The notes beneath the pieces were generated by a model that was not told the DNA's origin, ran no database searches, and saw only the letters and a list, made by a program, of their open reading frames with translations. Both the position numbers and the translations under genes were made by a program. From Octopus sinensis (Eukaryota), in assembly GCF_006345805.1 (NCBI RefSeq), contig NC_043019.1, positions 6,013,360 through 6,077,359 of the forward strand: a stretch of 64,000 nucleotides of DNA, written 5' to 3'. Below are positions 24,247-38,533 of this stretch, in pieces. Position 1 is the first letter of the stretch, and each line of letters begins with the position of its first letter.

Positions 24247-24315
24247 CCTACTGACGAAGACTAGCCTCAGTAAATATTTTTTTTTACTGGAATTAGTCAG
24301 AAACCATGGTCTAGA
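24247..24315 (+). ncRNA. Type-I hammerhead ribozyme motif (GUC site), mirror copy
   Basis: Same motif on the plus strand; stem I cut to 3 bp by one substitution. Confidence 0.65.
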
Positions 24316-25494
24316 GACTAAATTAGATGATAAACGTTTTTAATTTTCTTTCCTTTCGAGTATTTATCCCTAATTAGTGGTTTGAGCTTTCTACTGCTCT
24401 TTCTAGCACAAGGCTTTCCTATTTGGAAGCCTCTTAATGTGTTTTAATGTACACGATATTTTTATGTGAATAATATATAGTCTATTGACTAATTTTTTTG
24501 TGCTAGGCCACTGGTAATAATAATTCCTATAATTCTTATTACCCTAATATTATTTATATATATATATATATGTGTTGTGTGTATGTATGTATGTATGTAT
24601 GTATGTATGTATGTATGTATGTATGAATGCATGTGTATATATATATACACATGCATTCATACATACATATATATGTATATATATATATATAATATATATA
24701 TATATAGTGTATGACTGTATGTATATGTATATATGTATGTATGAATGTATGTGTATGTATATATATGTATGTATGTCTATGTATATATATATATATATAA
24801 CTCAACTCATACTTACGTGCTGAAGCTCTCCGTTTACATCATTTATTCATCATACTCTTTCACACCTCACCTATAATAGTGATTTCCTTCAAAAGTTTTC
24901 TCTTATTCTCGTTTAAAAGGTGAATTTATCACTGACGTGTGGCTATAACCAAAACATGAATATTCATTACAATGGCTGTTAGATGCAAATGAAGAAAATT
25001 GTTTATAGCATTTCGTATATTTGGTGCTTACGTTTCTTGTTTTCGTCATCGAGATTGAATGAAAGCGACGATAAATTATGATTATTCTGACCAATTAGAA
25101 TTCAGTGTATGTTTTGATTTCATTCTCAGAATGACCTTATTAATTTATATGTCGAGCTAATGTGTCACCTCTTTTACAAAGGGAAACTGTCCGTTTATTG
25201 ATTGTGTCGCATTTTATCCCTCCTACTCGGCCCATAAGGAAGAATTTAAACTCCAGGGGTCGGATGAACTTACCATTGTTTTCTACACTGCAAGCTAACT
25301 TTAAAAACCCATTAATTAGAGATTTTTTTCTGCGCTGTAGGACACTGAACTGTGCGTACACATACAGTATAACTATTTGCAGGCAGATGTAAGTTAAAAA
25401 TATTTCGGTATCTTGAACAGTTTTATTGTTATAATGTTATAAATGGAAATGATTTCTGAACATTTCTGTCATTGGTTCGACCTACTACAACATC

Positions 25495-25718
25495 TGGCAG
25501 AAACGTTAGCACGCCAGGCGAAATGCTTAGCGGTATTTCGTCTGCCGTTACGTTCTGAGTTCGAATTCCGCCGAGGTCGACTTTGCCTTTCATCCTTTCG
25601 GGGTCGATAAATTAAGTACAGTTACGCACTGGGGTCGATATAATCGACTTGGTCCGTTTATCTGTCCTTGTTTGTCCCTTCTGTGTTTGGCCCCTTGTGG
25701 ATAGTAAAGAAATAGGTA
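25495..25718 (+). mobile_element. Family B SINE with Tx1-like tail
   Basis: Head, Meta domain and ...ccccttgtggatagtaaagaaata tail. Confidence 0.88.
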
Positions 25719-26664
25719 TTGAAATTGAAGTTATACTATTCGTCTTTAGGATTAATTAAATAAGAATGAACTTGATACATTTTTCAGTGGATAACAAAGT
25801 GTAACACGATTTTTGTCTTTGGGTAACAACTATTATTTCGTATTTGCTTACCCTTAAAAAGCATGAAAAATAGCTAATATTTCCTTCAAGCTTTGATTTT
25901 GTTACATTTATTCAAACCCCAAAGAATCCCACTCAACACATACATATGATGCTCCCCCACTACTTCTACTCATCATCAGAGATGTACATATCGTCAGCCA
26001 CTAAGGGACATGTTCAAGTGGTTAAGGTCAAGCAAATCTGTGGTTTTGAGCAGAATATTTTCTATAATGATATTTCTGTTTCAGCAACTCAGCACTGAAC
26101 CTGCTTGAAATGTAATGGAAAATAAATCAGTTTCAAAGCATTGGTGTCCAGGTTACAAAAGCAAAGTTTGAAGGGAATAGTAGTGATTTCCTATGATTTC
26201 TAAAGAGAAACAAATAGGAAATAACACTTACTCACCAAAAAGACTAAATTTTTTGTTAGACAGTGTATTTTGTTGGTTTCTCATTGAGAACATAGTTTTA
26301 TCTAGCCTAAAAGAATTGTTAAATGTTCTCCGTTTGTGTATTACACTAGCCGGTGTAATCCATAATCGATTGAATTTTTCCCTAGGCAGGACTTGTACTC
26401 GTGCCGGCATAAAAGACTGAACGGTAGATTTTGACCACAGAATTAAGTGGAACAAAATTGAACAAGACTAACACTGAAGTGTTATGCGTTACCATTTCTA
26501 TTGAGATCACTCTGTTCTCAACAAAAAAAACCAGTTTTAGTTTCCACTTGAAAGCGTTTCACATTCATTACTAATAATTTCAAGTAAAACAAAAATGCCC
26601 GTACCTTCTATTTTATATTTCTTTAAAATGTACACACACACATATATACATGCATATATGTATG

Positions 26665-26704
<40 letters not shown>

Positions 26705-26705
26705 A

Positions 26706-26736
<31 letters not shown>

Positions 26737-26762
26737 CATACATACATACATACATACATACA

Positions 26763-26795
<33 letters not shown>

Positions 26796-27143
26796 TCACA
26801 CATGAAATATTATGTAGTTTAATCAGCAGATAGTAGATTTTTCAAGGAGAGCTTGGGGATAACAAATGCAACAAACTGAATTGATCCCTATTTTAACAAG
26901 CTTGATGGAATCAAAATCATTGAAGACTCTCAGTGAAAACTTGTGATATACAGGGTTCTCCAATCAAATTCGTCGTCATCAACCGTCATCATCAATTCGC
27001 CATCGTCAGCCTCAGGTACCTTATCTTCGATTACGTTATCGTCTGCAAAACCAATGGTCACTCCCTAACCAGCCATAACAAACACCTTACATATATACAT
27101 ACATAGATAGGTACATACATACATACATACATGCATACATACA

Positions 27144-27177
<34 letters not shown>

Positions 27178-27235
27178 ATATATATATATATATATAATAT
27201 ATATATAATATATATATATATATTAATATATATAC

Positions 27236-27269
<34 letters not shown>

Positions 27270-27303
27270 TATATATATATATACTCTTATTATTATATAT
27301 ATA

Positions 27304-27343
<40 letters not shown>

Positions 27344-27401
27344 AAAACAGAATGAGATAAAAGTTCAAGGCTGTGAAAGATTTCAGAACATTTATAAATA
27401 G

Positions 27402-27449
27402 GTCTTACAGCTGTTTCCGGGATATTTTAAATATCCCTTCATCGGAGAC
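27402..27449 (-). ncRNA. Minimal type-I hammerhead ribozyme motif (U4C variant, GUA site)
   Basis: GTCT-CCGATGA-A-GGGATATT TAA AATATCCC-G-GAAAC-AGCT-GTA-AGAC; 4-bp stem I, 8-bp stem II, palindromic ACAGCTGT. Confidence 0.75.
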
Positions 27450-27751
27450 GGTGTGAGAGAATGGTTAAGCAATATTTATTCTAGATAAGATATGAAATAG
27501 AGAGTGAAGTGGAGGAATGAAAATAGATGTGAGATATACAGGATATTGTATCTTCAGTTCCATCATTTAGGCTCAATGGTATGCATATAAGATTCCTGTA
27601 CCTTGTGATTAAGTTCCAATAGTATTTAAAATTGGTCATTCCAAGCAATGAGTATGTAAATGGTGTTGACAAACTCTATGCTTGGAATGTGTATTGTAGA
27701 AGTATAACCAATTTATTGTACATAAATTTTAACAGCATAATTTATATATGT

Positions 27752-27803
<52 letters not shown>

Positions 27804-27805
<2 letters not shown>

Positions 27806-28098
27806 AGGCGCAATGGCCCAGTGGCTAGGGCACCGGACTCGCGGTTTCGATTCCCAGACCGGGCGTTGTGAGTGTTTATTGAGCGAAGACACCTAAAGCT
27901 CCACGAGGCTCCGGCAGGGGTGGTGGCGATCCCTGCTGTACTCTTCCGCCGCAACTTTCTCTCACTCTTTCTTCTGTTGCCTGCTCGCTTAGCCAGCGGG
28001 GTGGCGTCATTTGAAGGCTAAAGCAATGCGAAGCGCATTGTGACCATTGTGACCTTGTAGCAACATCTGAGAGCGTGTCGGTCACGGTGATCACGGTG

Positions 28099-28100
<2 letters not shown>
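27804..28100 (+). mobile_element. Family C SINE (tail type ii)
   Basis: Matches 10957-11264; lies between (GT)n and (AT)n. Confidence 0.88.
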
Positions 28101-28133
<33 letters not shown>

Positions 28134-28329
28134 ATATTATAATATATATATATATATAATATATATATACATATATAATTTTGTGTGACTATACCATACC
28201 TATGCCATATTTATTCGATGTGTGTTACGTAGGTTATATGTCTAACCTGAAAGTTTAGGAATTTCGTCTTAAAAAAAGTAACAATTCATCCTCCCCTTAC
28301 CTACTACCATCAATATCATCACATTCAAA

Positions 28330-28530
28330 GGCGGCAAGCTAGCACCCCAGGGCAAAATGCCTAGCAGCATTTCGTCCGTCTTCACGTTCTGAGTTCAAAT
28401 ACCGCCTCTACTTTGCCTTTCATCCTTCGGCATCGATAAAATAAGTACCATCTGTGTACTGGGGGTTGATCTAATTGACTTAACCTCTCCCCCGAAATTG
28501 CAGGCCTTGTGCCAAAATTTGAAATCAACA
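28330..28530 (+). mobile_element. Diverged family B SINE
   Basis: Family match. Confidence 0.75.
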
Positions 28531-28639
28531 TGAACACATTATTGTTAATGTCAATCATTATCATCTAACAACAACTATAACAAAACGAAAGCAAATTTAA
28601 TGAAGGAAAATATGGAATATACTTTTAAAAAATGTTACG

Positions 28640-28805
28640 AGGCGCAGGAGTGGCTGTGTGGTAAGTAGCCTGTCTACCAACCACATGGTTCCGGGTTCAG
28701 TCTCACTGCGTGGCACCTTGGGCAAGTGTCTTCTACTATAGCCTCAAGCCAACCAAAGCCTTGTGAGTGGATTTGGTAGATGGAAACTGAAAGTAGCCCA
28801 TCGTA

Positions 28806-28870
<65 letters not shown>

Positions 28871-29105
28871 GCGTGTGTGTGTCTGTGTTTGTCCCTCTAG
28901 CATTGGTTGACAACCGATGCTGGTGTGTTTATGTCCCCGTCACTTAGCGGTTCGGCAAAAAGAGACCGATAGAATAAGTACTGGGCTTACAAAAAAAAAA
29001 AAAGAATGAGTTCCGGGGTCGAGTTGCTCGATTAAAGGCGGTACTCCAGCATGGCCGCAGTCAAATGACTGAAACAAGTAAAAGAGTAAAGAGTAAAAGA
29101 GAGTA
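28640..29105 (+). mobile_element. Family A SINE
   Basis: Full length. Confidence 0.9.
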
Positions 29106-29571
29106 ACGTTTTCCGTACTCAGCTTTTGTTGGAAGTTTATCAGAATTTCTTAAGTAGTTTTACAACAACGTAAACAGAAAAATATAATGCTATGAGCAAG
29201 TAATTAAATATATTGTATTATCTGATTTTAATAATTTTTGTTTACAAAGAACCATCAACTGGACAGGAAATCGTTCTAAGTACTTCATAAAACAGCTGTA
29301 ACCTAGGAGTAAGGAGGAGGTATATACAAAACTGGGAATATATGTTGTGATAACAAGGATTATCTCCATGGTGATAAGTTGTCTATCGGCAAAAGATAAT
29401 AAAAACCAGCTTTTAATATAAGCTGGTGAAGGCAGCATGTCTGAAGAAAGCACAACACTCATAGAGTGCTCGTACGCTCTGAATATACGTAACATAAGCA
29501 AAATGCCTGCTAGGTTGATAGTTACCACAATAGCAGCGGGCGGGGGGGGGGATAAATAATAGTAGTAGCTT

Positions 29572-29953
29572 TACTCTTTTACTTGTTTCAGTCATTTGAC
29601 TGCGGCCATGCTGGAGCTCCGACTTTAGTCGAGGAAATCGACCCCAAGACTTATTCTTTTTAAGCCTAGTATTTATTCTATCGGTCTCTTTTGCCGAACC
29701 GCTATGTTACGGGGAACGTAAACACACCAGCATCGGTTGTCAAGCGATGTTGAGGGGACAAACACAGACACACAAACATATACACACACACATACATATA
29801 CATATATACGACGGGCTTCTTTCAGTCTCCGTCTACCAAATCCATTCACAAGACTTTGGTCAGACACTAGCCCAAGGTGCCATGCAGTGGGACTGAACCC
29901 GGAACCATGTGGTTGGTAAGCAAGCTACTTACCACACAGCCACTCCTACGCCT
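29572..29953 (-). mobile_element. Family A SINE
   Basis: Full length with a small internal deletion. Confidence 0.88.
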
Positions 29954-30091
29954 ATAAAGATTCTAGACAAAGCAGTGTAAAACAGATATATTTTATCGAT
30001 TAAACTAAACATAATTTCTACTAATAAATCAATCGCGAGACAATATGTCTATTTAAATCACACTTATTATATGGACCCCGGATTGATGAAT

Positions 30092-30377
30092 TTATTTTTA
30101 TTTATGCGCCCTTTTCAAGCGTAGCCAGGTTCATGGGCCCGGTTTCCCGGTTTCTATGGCCTATGTGTTCCTTCCAGTCCATCGCAGCGTTACTTAAGAA
30201 ACTGGAAGAAAGAGTGAGAGAAAGTTGGTCCGAAAGAGTACAACAGGGGTCGCCACCACCCCCTGTCGGAGCCTCGTGGAGCTTTAGGTGTTTTCGCTCA
30301 ATAAACACACACAACGCCCGGTTTGGGAATTGAAACCGCGAGACCGCTGCCCTAACCACTAGGCCATTGTGCCTCCA
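30092..30377 (-). mobile_element. Family C SINE (tail type iii)
   Basis: 13-bp TSD cggattgatgaat (30079-30091 / 30378-30390). Confidence 0.88.
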
Positions 30378-30879
30378 CGGATTGATGAATAACAAAGTAG
30401 ACAATCTTACATTATTTGCTCGACGCTCTACCAATGTTGCTATTCTATTATTCAACAAGTTCGACTTACAGATGTAGGAAGTCTCTTCTGAGGGTGTTTC
30501 ATTTCGATGCCTTTTTATAGGATATGTTTTGAATGATTTTACAACAGGGATTGCGAATTCTAATCATGTATGCTAAGTTACGTATTCTAATCACCAAGGT
30601 ATCGCTAAACTAGAAGAACCAAACAAACCATAGGAGGGAATGCCATGATTGACTTTAATTTAATTTTCCATAGACTACCTATAGAGACAGAGTCTGAGTT
30701 ATTTGTTGCTGCTGAATTCCGGAAGTGACGTAAACAAAATTTAGAGTGAGAAATTCGTGTATCAAGAACTAAAGGTTCTTTATTCACAAACTGCTATTAT
30801 AGAATGCTCATTCAACATTTGAAAAGAACCTTGGACATGAATGAAGAGATGCATGGAAGAAGTCAATCATTTCAAAAGG

Positions 30880-33400
30880 TAATGAGACCAAAGAGTTCAA
30901 CTGGGTTAAAAAGTTCTACATGAAAGTCGCCTCAACGCATTAACCACGGCACGCCCAGTCCAGCACGCAGCGGCTGCTGACAGCTGATGAGTGGAACCAG
31001 TCCGTTCCACAGAAATCAAGAAAGTAAGCGTACCAACTTGATCAGCAACGAAGCAAATTAAGAGACGACTGTCAGGCAATATTAGATAACGGAAACGATG
31101 TACGCATTCGCCACTTCTGCCCGACCTTACAGGCTCAGCTTCCTCTAGGCCCATTTCTGGATGAGACTACCCACTCTTCTCCCTGCGTCACTTCCATCTG
31201 TTCATGTCCTCCCGGAAGTCAGGACCAAATCAGACTCCAAGCAATTTAACCCAGCCTTCCGTTCAGCGTACCACGACTCAGCCATGTGGCACGGACTAGT
31301 CTTTCCAAATGCCTTGCTACAGGCCCACCGACTTCCCCTGGTTAATCTTTGCGCCTATCACCGCCTATCACCGCCTCGCGCTCCTTTAGGGTAGTGTCGC
31401 TCTATTTCCAAGATGTCTGGCACTATTACGGCGGTGTCGTCCGCATAAGCTGGCACTATTCTTCCGCATCTTCGTTCACACAGGATGACACACGAAAGAT
31501 CCAGTTTCCATAGTGCGAGAACCAACAAGTACAGAAGGGGAAAATTGGGCATCCTTGATCGAATGTGCGATACTAAACGATTCCGATAGGTTGCCATTTA
31601 CTTTGACCACCGATGTTACGTTGCAGGGATCAGCTGCTGGAAACGAGACCTGCCGCTGTGAGAAAAGCCACCAAGCATTGATGGCCAACCCTATCGAAAG
31701 CTTTTATTTGATCCATATTAATCAGAGCTCCATCTATCCCAGATTCCTTGCCTATTCTCCCGCTTGAGGTGGAAGTTGTCGCGGATAGATCTTTTTGAGA
31801 TAACGCATGTTTGCGCATCACCGACCTGTCTATCAACGACAAACGCCAACCACTTTGCTAACAACTTAGCCAAAAAATTTTAATCTGTGTTTAGCAGAGT
31901 TACAGGCCTAAAATTATCGATATATTTCTTCTTGTTCGGGTCCTTTCTCAACAGCAACACTACACCTGATCACAAGACTGCGAATTCACCCCGTTGCAGT
32001 AAGCCTCTGCCAAGGAAGCGCCGAACAAGTTTGACGCATGAATATAAAGTACGAAAGGCAGGTCATCCAGCCCTGGTGACTTCTCGCTTGCACAGCTAGT
32101 CATCGCGTCCCATATGTCGCCGGCTAGGGTTAGGGTTAATAGCATTTCGCAAAATTCTGCATCCTTAACCGAAAGCCACACCAGGCCGCCGAGGTAGGAA
32201 GTGAAATTCATCCCCTTCTCCGAATCACCGCGCGCCCTGTATAGTTCAGCAAAGTGCTACTGAGCATTCGAGTAGCAAGAGCCTGTCCGTCCCGTCAAAG
32301 ACTGAGCTGAGGCTTTGTCTCCACGTTGCACCTACGCCATCCGGACCCATCGGACAGCTTTCGTTCTCTCGTGTCTTAATCCACGCCTCCAAGCACTGAC
32401 GACGCAACCTTCGTGCTTAGCATGGGAGAATTGGTCAAAGGCTATTCTCACCGCCAGCACGTCAGCTGCTATTCCTCTGCTCTAATGGCCCTTTTTAGGG
32501 CTATCCACCAATGACTGTTGACGATTGCACGTGTCAACTTCCGATGGACTAACTTGCTAACCCAGTCTCCAAACGACGCGTTCAGCTACCATTACCCAAG
32601 ACCCTGCTTATAGAGCCTATCTAGGTTGGCCGTACAGATCATGAACCTGTGGTCTGTGTAGTCGACGGCCTTGAATTGTGGACAACCTATGCTACTTCTG
32701 TCTACTGGATTACAGAATACTCTATGTAGGTACGATCTGGATGACTCTATGCTGTTTGCTTATGTCCACATTGGTACATTCCGGTAATTCAGTCTGTTCC
32801 TCTCTTCCAGTTGGCAGCAATTGAGCAGATTTGTGAGATTTACATCCCCTCTCCTATTGGCTACCTCACAGAGTCCAAGAGTGCATCCAAGACTGCATTC
32901 CAATCACCCATTCGCACTGATGAGCGAGACATTCCAAAGAAAACCTCCAAACGCTTGAAGAAATCAGGTTGCCCTGTCCTAGTCGGGATGCAGACAGCGA
33001 CTAGTCTAAAAGCACTACTTTCGCATACTGTTCACGTCTAGGACCACTAATTTACTTTCCAGATTCAAGAAGATCATCCTACTTCGAGATCTAGACTTTA
33101 TCTAAGCAACATTGCAACTCCGCCTCCCATTCCAGGCCGATTAAGTGATACGTAGACCTTAAAGTTATCAAAAATACGGACTTGTGCATGTGTGTCGGAA
33201 ATCCTGGTCTCGCTGACAGCTCTCACATTCATAGCTAGTGACCTGGAATCGTTGGGCCGGCGATCTTGCTTCCAAGAGGACGTACATTTATACAACTCAC
33301 TCTTAAACCAGCCATGATGACCGAAAATAATTCAGAGAAAAAGGGAAGCTACTTACCAGACGGTGCTGTTGGCGGTCAGGTAGTACGATCTCCATATCTG
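30880..33400 (-). mobile_element. Decayed Tx1/L1-clade LINE ORF2 (APE endonuclease + RT)
   Basis: AVSETRI...GGGVAMLL (APE); EKSPGLDDLP, ALINMDQIKAFDRVGH, AYADDTAVIV (RT); many frameshifts. Confidence 0.85.
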
Positions 33401-33944
33401 GTTGGGGTTCCTTTGGAACTCCCTTAAAAGCTACTGGTGGCATTTACATTAGGGGTTCCCACGTCGTGAGGGAAGCAGTTCATAATGTTTTTTATATAAA
33501 TTATCCAGTGGCACATGCACCATCATCAGGGTTTGTGATACTTAAAAAGTATCTCTATATATATCCTTAGTTTGTGCTGTGAGGGTCATCAGTTCTTCTT
33601 TGGTCCTCCTCGCTAACATGAAGTGAGATGTCTGAATGATTTGTTGATGCTGTTGTGTCTCTTTTCTTTTAGTGGGTTGTTGCGGTTGTAGTAGTGTTGG
33701 TGGGACTGGAGTGGTAGCGGTGAATGTGTTGATAAATGTGGTGGTGTAGGAGTTGGTTTTGCTAGATGTCTCTGTATTTGTTGTAGATGTCTTTTCTGAT
33801 GTACAGCTTCGTGTAAGCCTTGATAGCTTTTGTGTTTTATTTTTAGATTTTGTTTTTGCGGTTCATCCTTATTTCCACATTTTCAATTCGTGATGCAGAG
33901 GTATCAGTGTCTGTGGAATCTGTCTCAGATATGGGTGGGAGTGC

Positions 33945-34275
33945 ATTTGTACTTTTACGGATTCCATGGACAGCGAGGCTCACCAATGGAGAAGTTCTTA
34001 AGCAGATAAGGCCGAAAATGTCGCTAGAAGCATAGATTGGCATATTTCGGTCATATTATGCGGAGAAAATCCCTGGAGAAGGACATCATGCTCGGAATGG
34101 TCAGTGGCAAGAGAGGAAGAGGCCGACCAAGAACCCGCTGACTTGACACCATCAAGAGTGATATCGGAATGGACATAGCCAGTCTGAAAGAAGCGGCCCA
34201 GGATAGAACTAACTGGAAGACACTGATCCAACGTGTGACCGAGAGTCGACTTCGACTGAGCGGATAGAGAGATAG
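33945..34275 (+). mobile_element. RTE (BovB-like) LINE 3' fragment
   Basis: LRIPWTARLTNGEVL...AYFGHIMRRKSLEKDIMLGMVSGKRGRGRPRTR...AAQDRTNWK. Confidence 0.85.
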
Positions 34276-34964
34276 CATTTGTACTTGTACGAGTGTCTAT
34301 GTGTGTATTTATGTTTAGAGGAGTCGGAGAAACGGTGAAGGAAGAGCTTTGTTCGGAAAGGCCTCTGGGGCTTTCTGGTGTCCGTTGTTTTTCTTTCTAT
34401 CATCTCTCTGTTGTTGCTGATGTTAGTGTTGCCCCAGTTGGTGCTGGTTTTGCTGTCCCTGTTGTTGATGATGATATTACTGCCGCGGTTGGTGCCGATG
34501 CTGATGCTGTTCGCTGTTGGTTTTGTTGCTCTGGTTTTTGGGGGCCTGATGTTAGCAGTAAGGAGGTCCTGTGGTTCTCTATCTTCTGCCGAGGTCAGAA
34601 AGCTCTCAAATGGCTTGTATCCCCACACAGAATAAGATCTGGGATCTTGTGGATGTTGTCAAGTTTGATGTGGAGTAGCACCTCCACACAGATCCCAGAC
34701 ATTTTTCACGACGAGTTCGTTTCACCTCCAGGAGGCTGTTACTTCCTTCTAGGACAAGCCATGCTAAAATCCACAGATATTCATCTCTGGTCGGATCTCT
34801 GAGATCTTAACTCTCACCGTCCTTTCTAAAAAAGATGCTGTAGAAAATACTTATCACTCTGACAGGGAACCATGGAGTGTTTGGCGGCCAGGGCTTCACT
34901 CTTAAAGAACACTGAAATGCCTACATATTGCTTGGAACGCTCGATCTGTTGTAGGTCGGCCATT

Positions 34965-35320
34965 ATTTCGTTTGGTACTTAATCTATTGATCCTGAAAAG
35001 ATGAAATTCAAATTCGACCTCGGCGGAATGTGAACTCAGAACGTAAAGGAAGACGAAATGCCGCTAAGTATTTTGGCCGGCGTGCTAGCGATTCTGCCAG
35101 CTCGCCACCCTAATAATAATAATAACGCTTTCAAGTTTTGGCTCAAGGCCAGGAATTTCGATGAAGCTAAAGGTCGATTAGATCGATCCCAGTGCTCAAG
35201 TGGTACTTGTTTTATCGACCTCGAAAGAATGAAAAACAAAGTGGCCCTCGATGGAATTTGAACATCAGAACGGAAAGACGTGTGAAATACCGCTAAATAT
35301 TTAGCCAGTTCGCCGCCTTG
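34965..35320 (-). mobile_element. Two diverged family B SINEs separated by (AAT)n
   Basis: Family match. Confidence 0.75.
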
Positions 35321-35332
35321 ATAATAATAATA

Positions 35333-35376
<44 letters not shown>

Positions 35377-35447
35377 CCCTGATACAATACCAGGCACTGG
35401 CTCTCATAGTTTCTGATCTTAACTGATTGGAAGTGTTATCGTGTACA

Positions 35448-35522
35448 TAGATTGAAATGCAATAGATCGATAATTTCATATGACACCGCTAGAAAAAACT
35501 GCTGTTCAAACCGAAAAGATCC
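35448..35522. mobile_element. Right-end fragment of the 13272/39026 MITE
   Basis: gattgaaatgcaatagatcgat...ttcaaaccgaaaagatcc. Confidence 0.8.
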
Positions 35523-35936
35523 CTGCTTTTATTACACATATACCAGTTATATTCTCTTTTTTTTTACTTGATTGTCACCTCCTTTGTTCTCTCTTCTTAA
35601 TCTTTCCCGTTTTCCTTGCTAGAAAACATATTTTCCTTTTGATTTTTTCGAGAAGTTAGTTATTATTGCCCCGCTTGTTCAATGCATACTCGGGAGTCAT
35701 CGTATATGTTTTATAACTGTCACGTACGTACTGTGAACTGCAGCAAATGAATGTGGATCACTGTAACTAAACTATAGCTTCATATGGACTGCAGTGAATA
35801 GGGTATAATACTCTAGAGCCCTTACTCAAAAGTACTATACTGGGAATTAATTAGAAAAAATGGTTAAGATAACATAGATACAGAGGTTAAGAAAATCTAT
35901 TGAATGACTGGGAAACCAAGAGGTATCAGACGAAAA

Positions 35937-36049
35937 TAGACAGACAGACAGATATATAGATAGACAGACAGACAGACAGACAGAGAGATAGGCAGACAGA
36001 CAGACAGGCAGACAGGCAGAGAGATAGACAGGCAGACAGACAGACAGAC

Positions 36050-36131
<82 letters not shown>

Positions 36132-36225
36132 GCAGGCAGGCAGACAGGCAGGCAGGCAGACAGGCAGACAGACAGACAGACAGGCAGACAGGCAGAGAGA
36201 TAGACAGGCAGACAGACAGACAGAC

Positions 36226-36303
<78 letters not shown>

Positions 36304-36337
36304 GCAGGCAGGCAGACAGGCAGGCAGGCAGACAGGC

Positions 36338-36376
<39 letters not shown>

Positions 36377-36385
36377 TAGATAGAT

Positions 36386-36455
<70 letters not shown>
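35937..36455. repeat. (GACA/GGCA/GATA)n field with an internal higher-order duplication
   Basis: Direct reading. Confidence 0.9.
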
Positions 36456-37494
36456 TGACTTACCTGAAATGATGCAGAATATATAGATATATAGATATAT
36501 GTATATATTTTTTGTAAAACTTTGCCGATACTCTGATGTTTGCTACAAATACAGATGGATAAGAAAGCGAACTAGATGTGAGTTAATCATCTCTTCCACT
36601 CTTAACTCCAACTCACCCCCTCTTCTACCCACCGCCCACCCCCTCCCTTCTGTCCAATTAATAACATAAAGTACAATAAACACAGCAGCCACTACGAGAG
36701 CAAGATCTTGCCTGTTCTTGCATAACATTTTTAATTGGTCTCTGCTCAAGGATTATCCGACCACTGTGTGTCCTGTATCATGTCGTTCGTTACAAAGCAA
36801 CGTGTCTAGCTGTATGGTTATCAAGTTTACACATTCACCTGGAAAGTAAGATTAGTTATTATGGAACATAATTGCGATGCTTCGACCATTTTTTCATTTA
36901 TTTTGCTACATTTTTTTTTTTTTGAGGTGGGGGTATCAGTTTTGTTAGATTTGCTCTTTGGGGTTAATTATATTAATGTTTTAGCTCTGTCGAACATAAA
37001 TTGCATATGGAGAAAATTTCAGATTGTATGTGAGGATAGTGTGGCTTTCTGAAAATCAATACTGGTAAAAGTAAAGCAGCGAATCGATAATTCAATGAGT
37101 TTTACTATTCAGAAGTTTCTATCTTCCCCTCTCCGTATTGCTCACCCTTAAAACTTTTTTATGTGATTAATTTTTTTTTTTTTGCAGTTTAAGCAAAGTT
37201 ATTCTTTTTCTCTTTTACTTATTTCAATTCAATTAGTTGCGGTCATACTGTAGCACTTCCTTCACAGTACACCTTGACCCATTTTTGTTGTCCAAAAGTT
37301 ATATTAACCGATATTATTGGAGTTATCTCCTTTGCTTTCAACACACACACACACACACACACGCTCACAAAAACAGACAGACAGACAGACAGACAGACAG
37401 GCAGGCAGACAGGCAGACAGGCAGACAGGCAGACAGGCAGACAGACAGGCAGACAGAGAGACAGACAGACAGCCAGATAGATAGATAGATAGAT

Positions 37495-37532
<38 letters not shown>

Positions 37533-38468
37533 TGAGAACTGTAATTGTATTTACAAGATTCTTAAGTGTTTCCCTATAGTTATATAATTAATCGTATTAC
37601 TTTTATCAATGTATATGTTACTTTTACCGACGGACATACGTAATATATAACTGTTACACATTCATATCTATGTGTATACGTAGGTATGCGTATGTATGAG
37701 TGCATCCCCACTATTGGCACTATTTGTTAGTAAACAGTGGGAACTGCGAAGGCGGATACGCACAACGTGTATCACTCCGCTGAATATCGACAGTTCGTAA
37801 CAGGTTAAACACGACAAACAATAACAATGCCTTCATTGAATTGTCTATCATCCCATCACGAACGAAACAATGCATAACAATAACATTCACCGAGTACTAG
37901 TTAAGCAAAAGCTACAAGAGGAAACAAGGTGTTGCGTAGGATATTGAAACTGGAACCATTTGGCTACGAACTGAATTTAGATAGAAATTGAAGTTTGCAC
38001 AATTGGCACTTTGCATGAATATTGGTTTCGGATTTTGGCACAAGGCCAGCAAATTCGGGAGAGAAGGTAAAGTCGATTACATCGATCCCAGTGCTCGGCT
38101 GGTTCTTATTTCATCGACCCCGAAAAGATGAAAGGCAGAGTAGATCTCGGCTGAATTTGAACTCGGAACATGAAGGTGGTGGTGATATTGTTGCTGTTGT
38201 TATTGTTATTGTTGCTGCTGTTATTGTTATGGTTGTTGTTGTTGTTGGTAATGGTGGTGGTGGTGGTGGTGGGGGCGGTGGCGTTGGTTTTGTTGTTGCT
38301 GTTATTATGACTGTCGTTGCTATTGCTTGTTTTCGCTATGTGATTGCTATTGCTTCTGTTGTTTAGCCGTAGATGACACCAAGGCGAAGGCGTTCCAGCA
38401 GTAAAAGCTCATCTTATTTTCAGCAAAATATACTCCATGAATAATATTCAAATTACATACACACTCTC

Positions 38469-38533
<65 letters not shown>

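Larger units (their letters stand above)
23824..24461. mobile_element. Long palindrome (~300-bp arms, 34-bp spacer); Penelope-like-element-type inverted terminal segments
   Basis: Arms 23824-24124 / 24159-24461 differ by about 5 substitutions and a 2-nt indel; each arm carries a hammerhead motif. Confidence 0.85.

Noticed and set aside
30983-31015. CTGATGA-GTGGAAC cagtcc GTTCCAC-AGAAA hammerhead-like core
   Set aside because: Good stem II, but no stem I/III with an NUH site could be built; it lies antisense within LINE coding sequence
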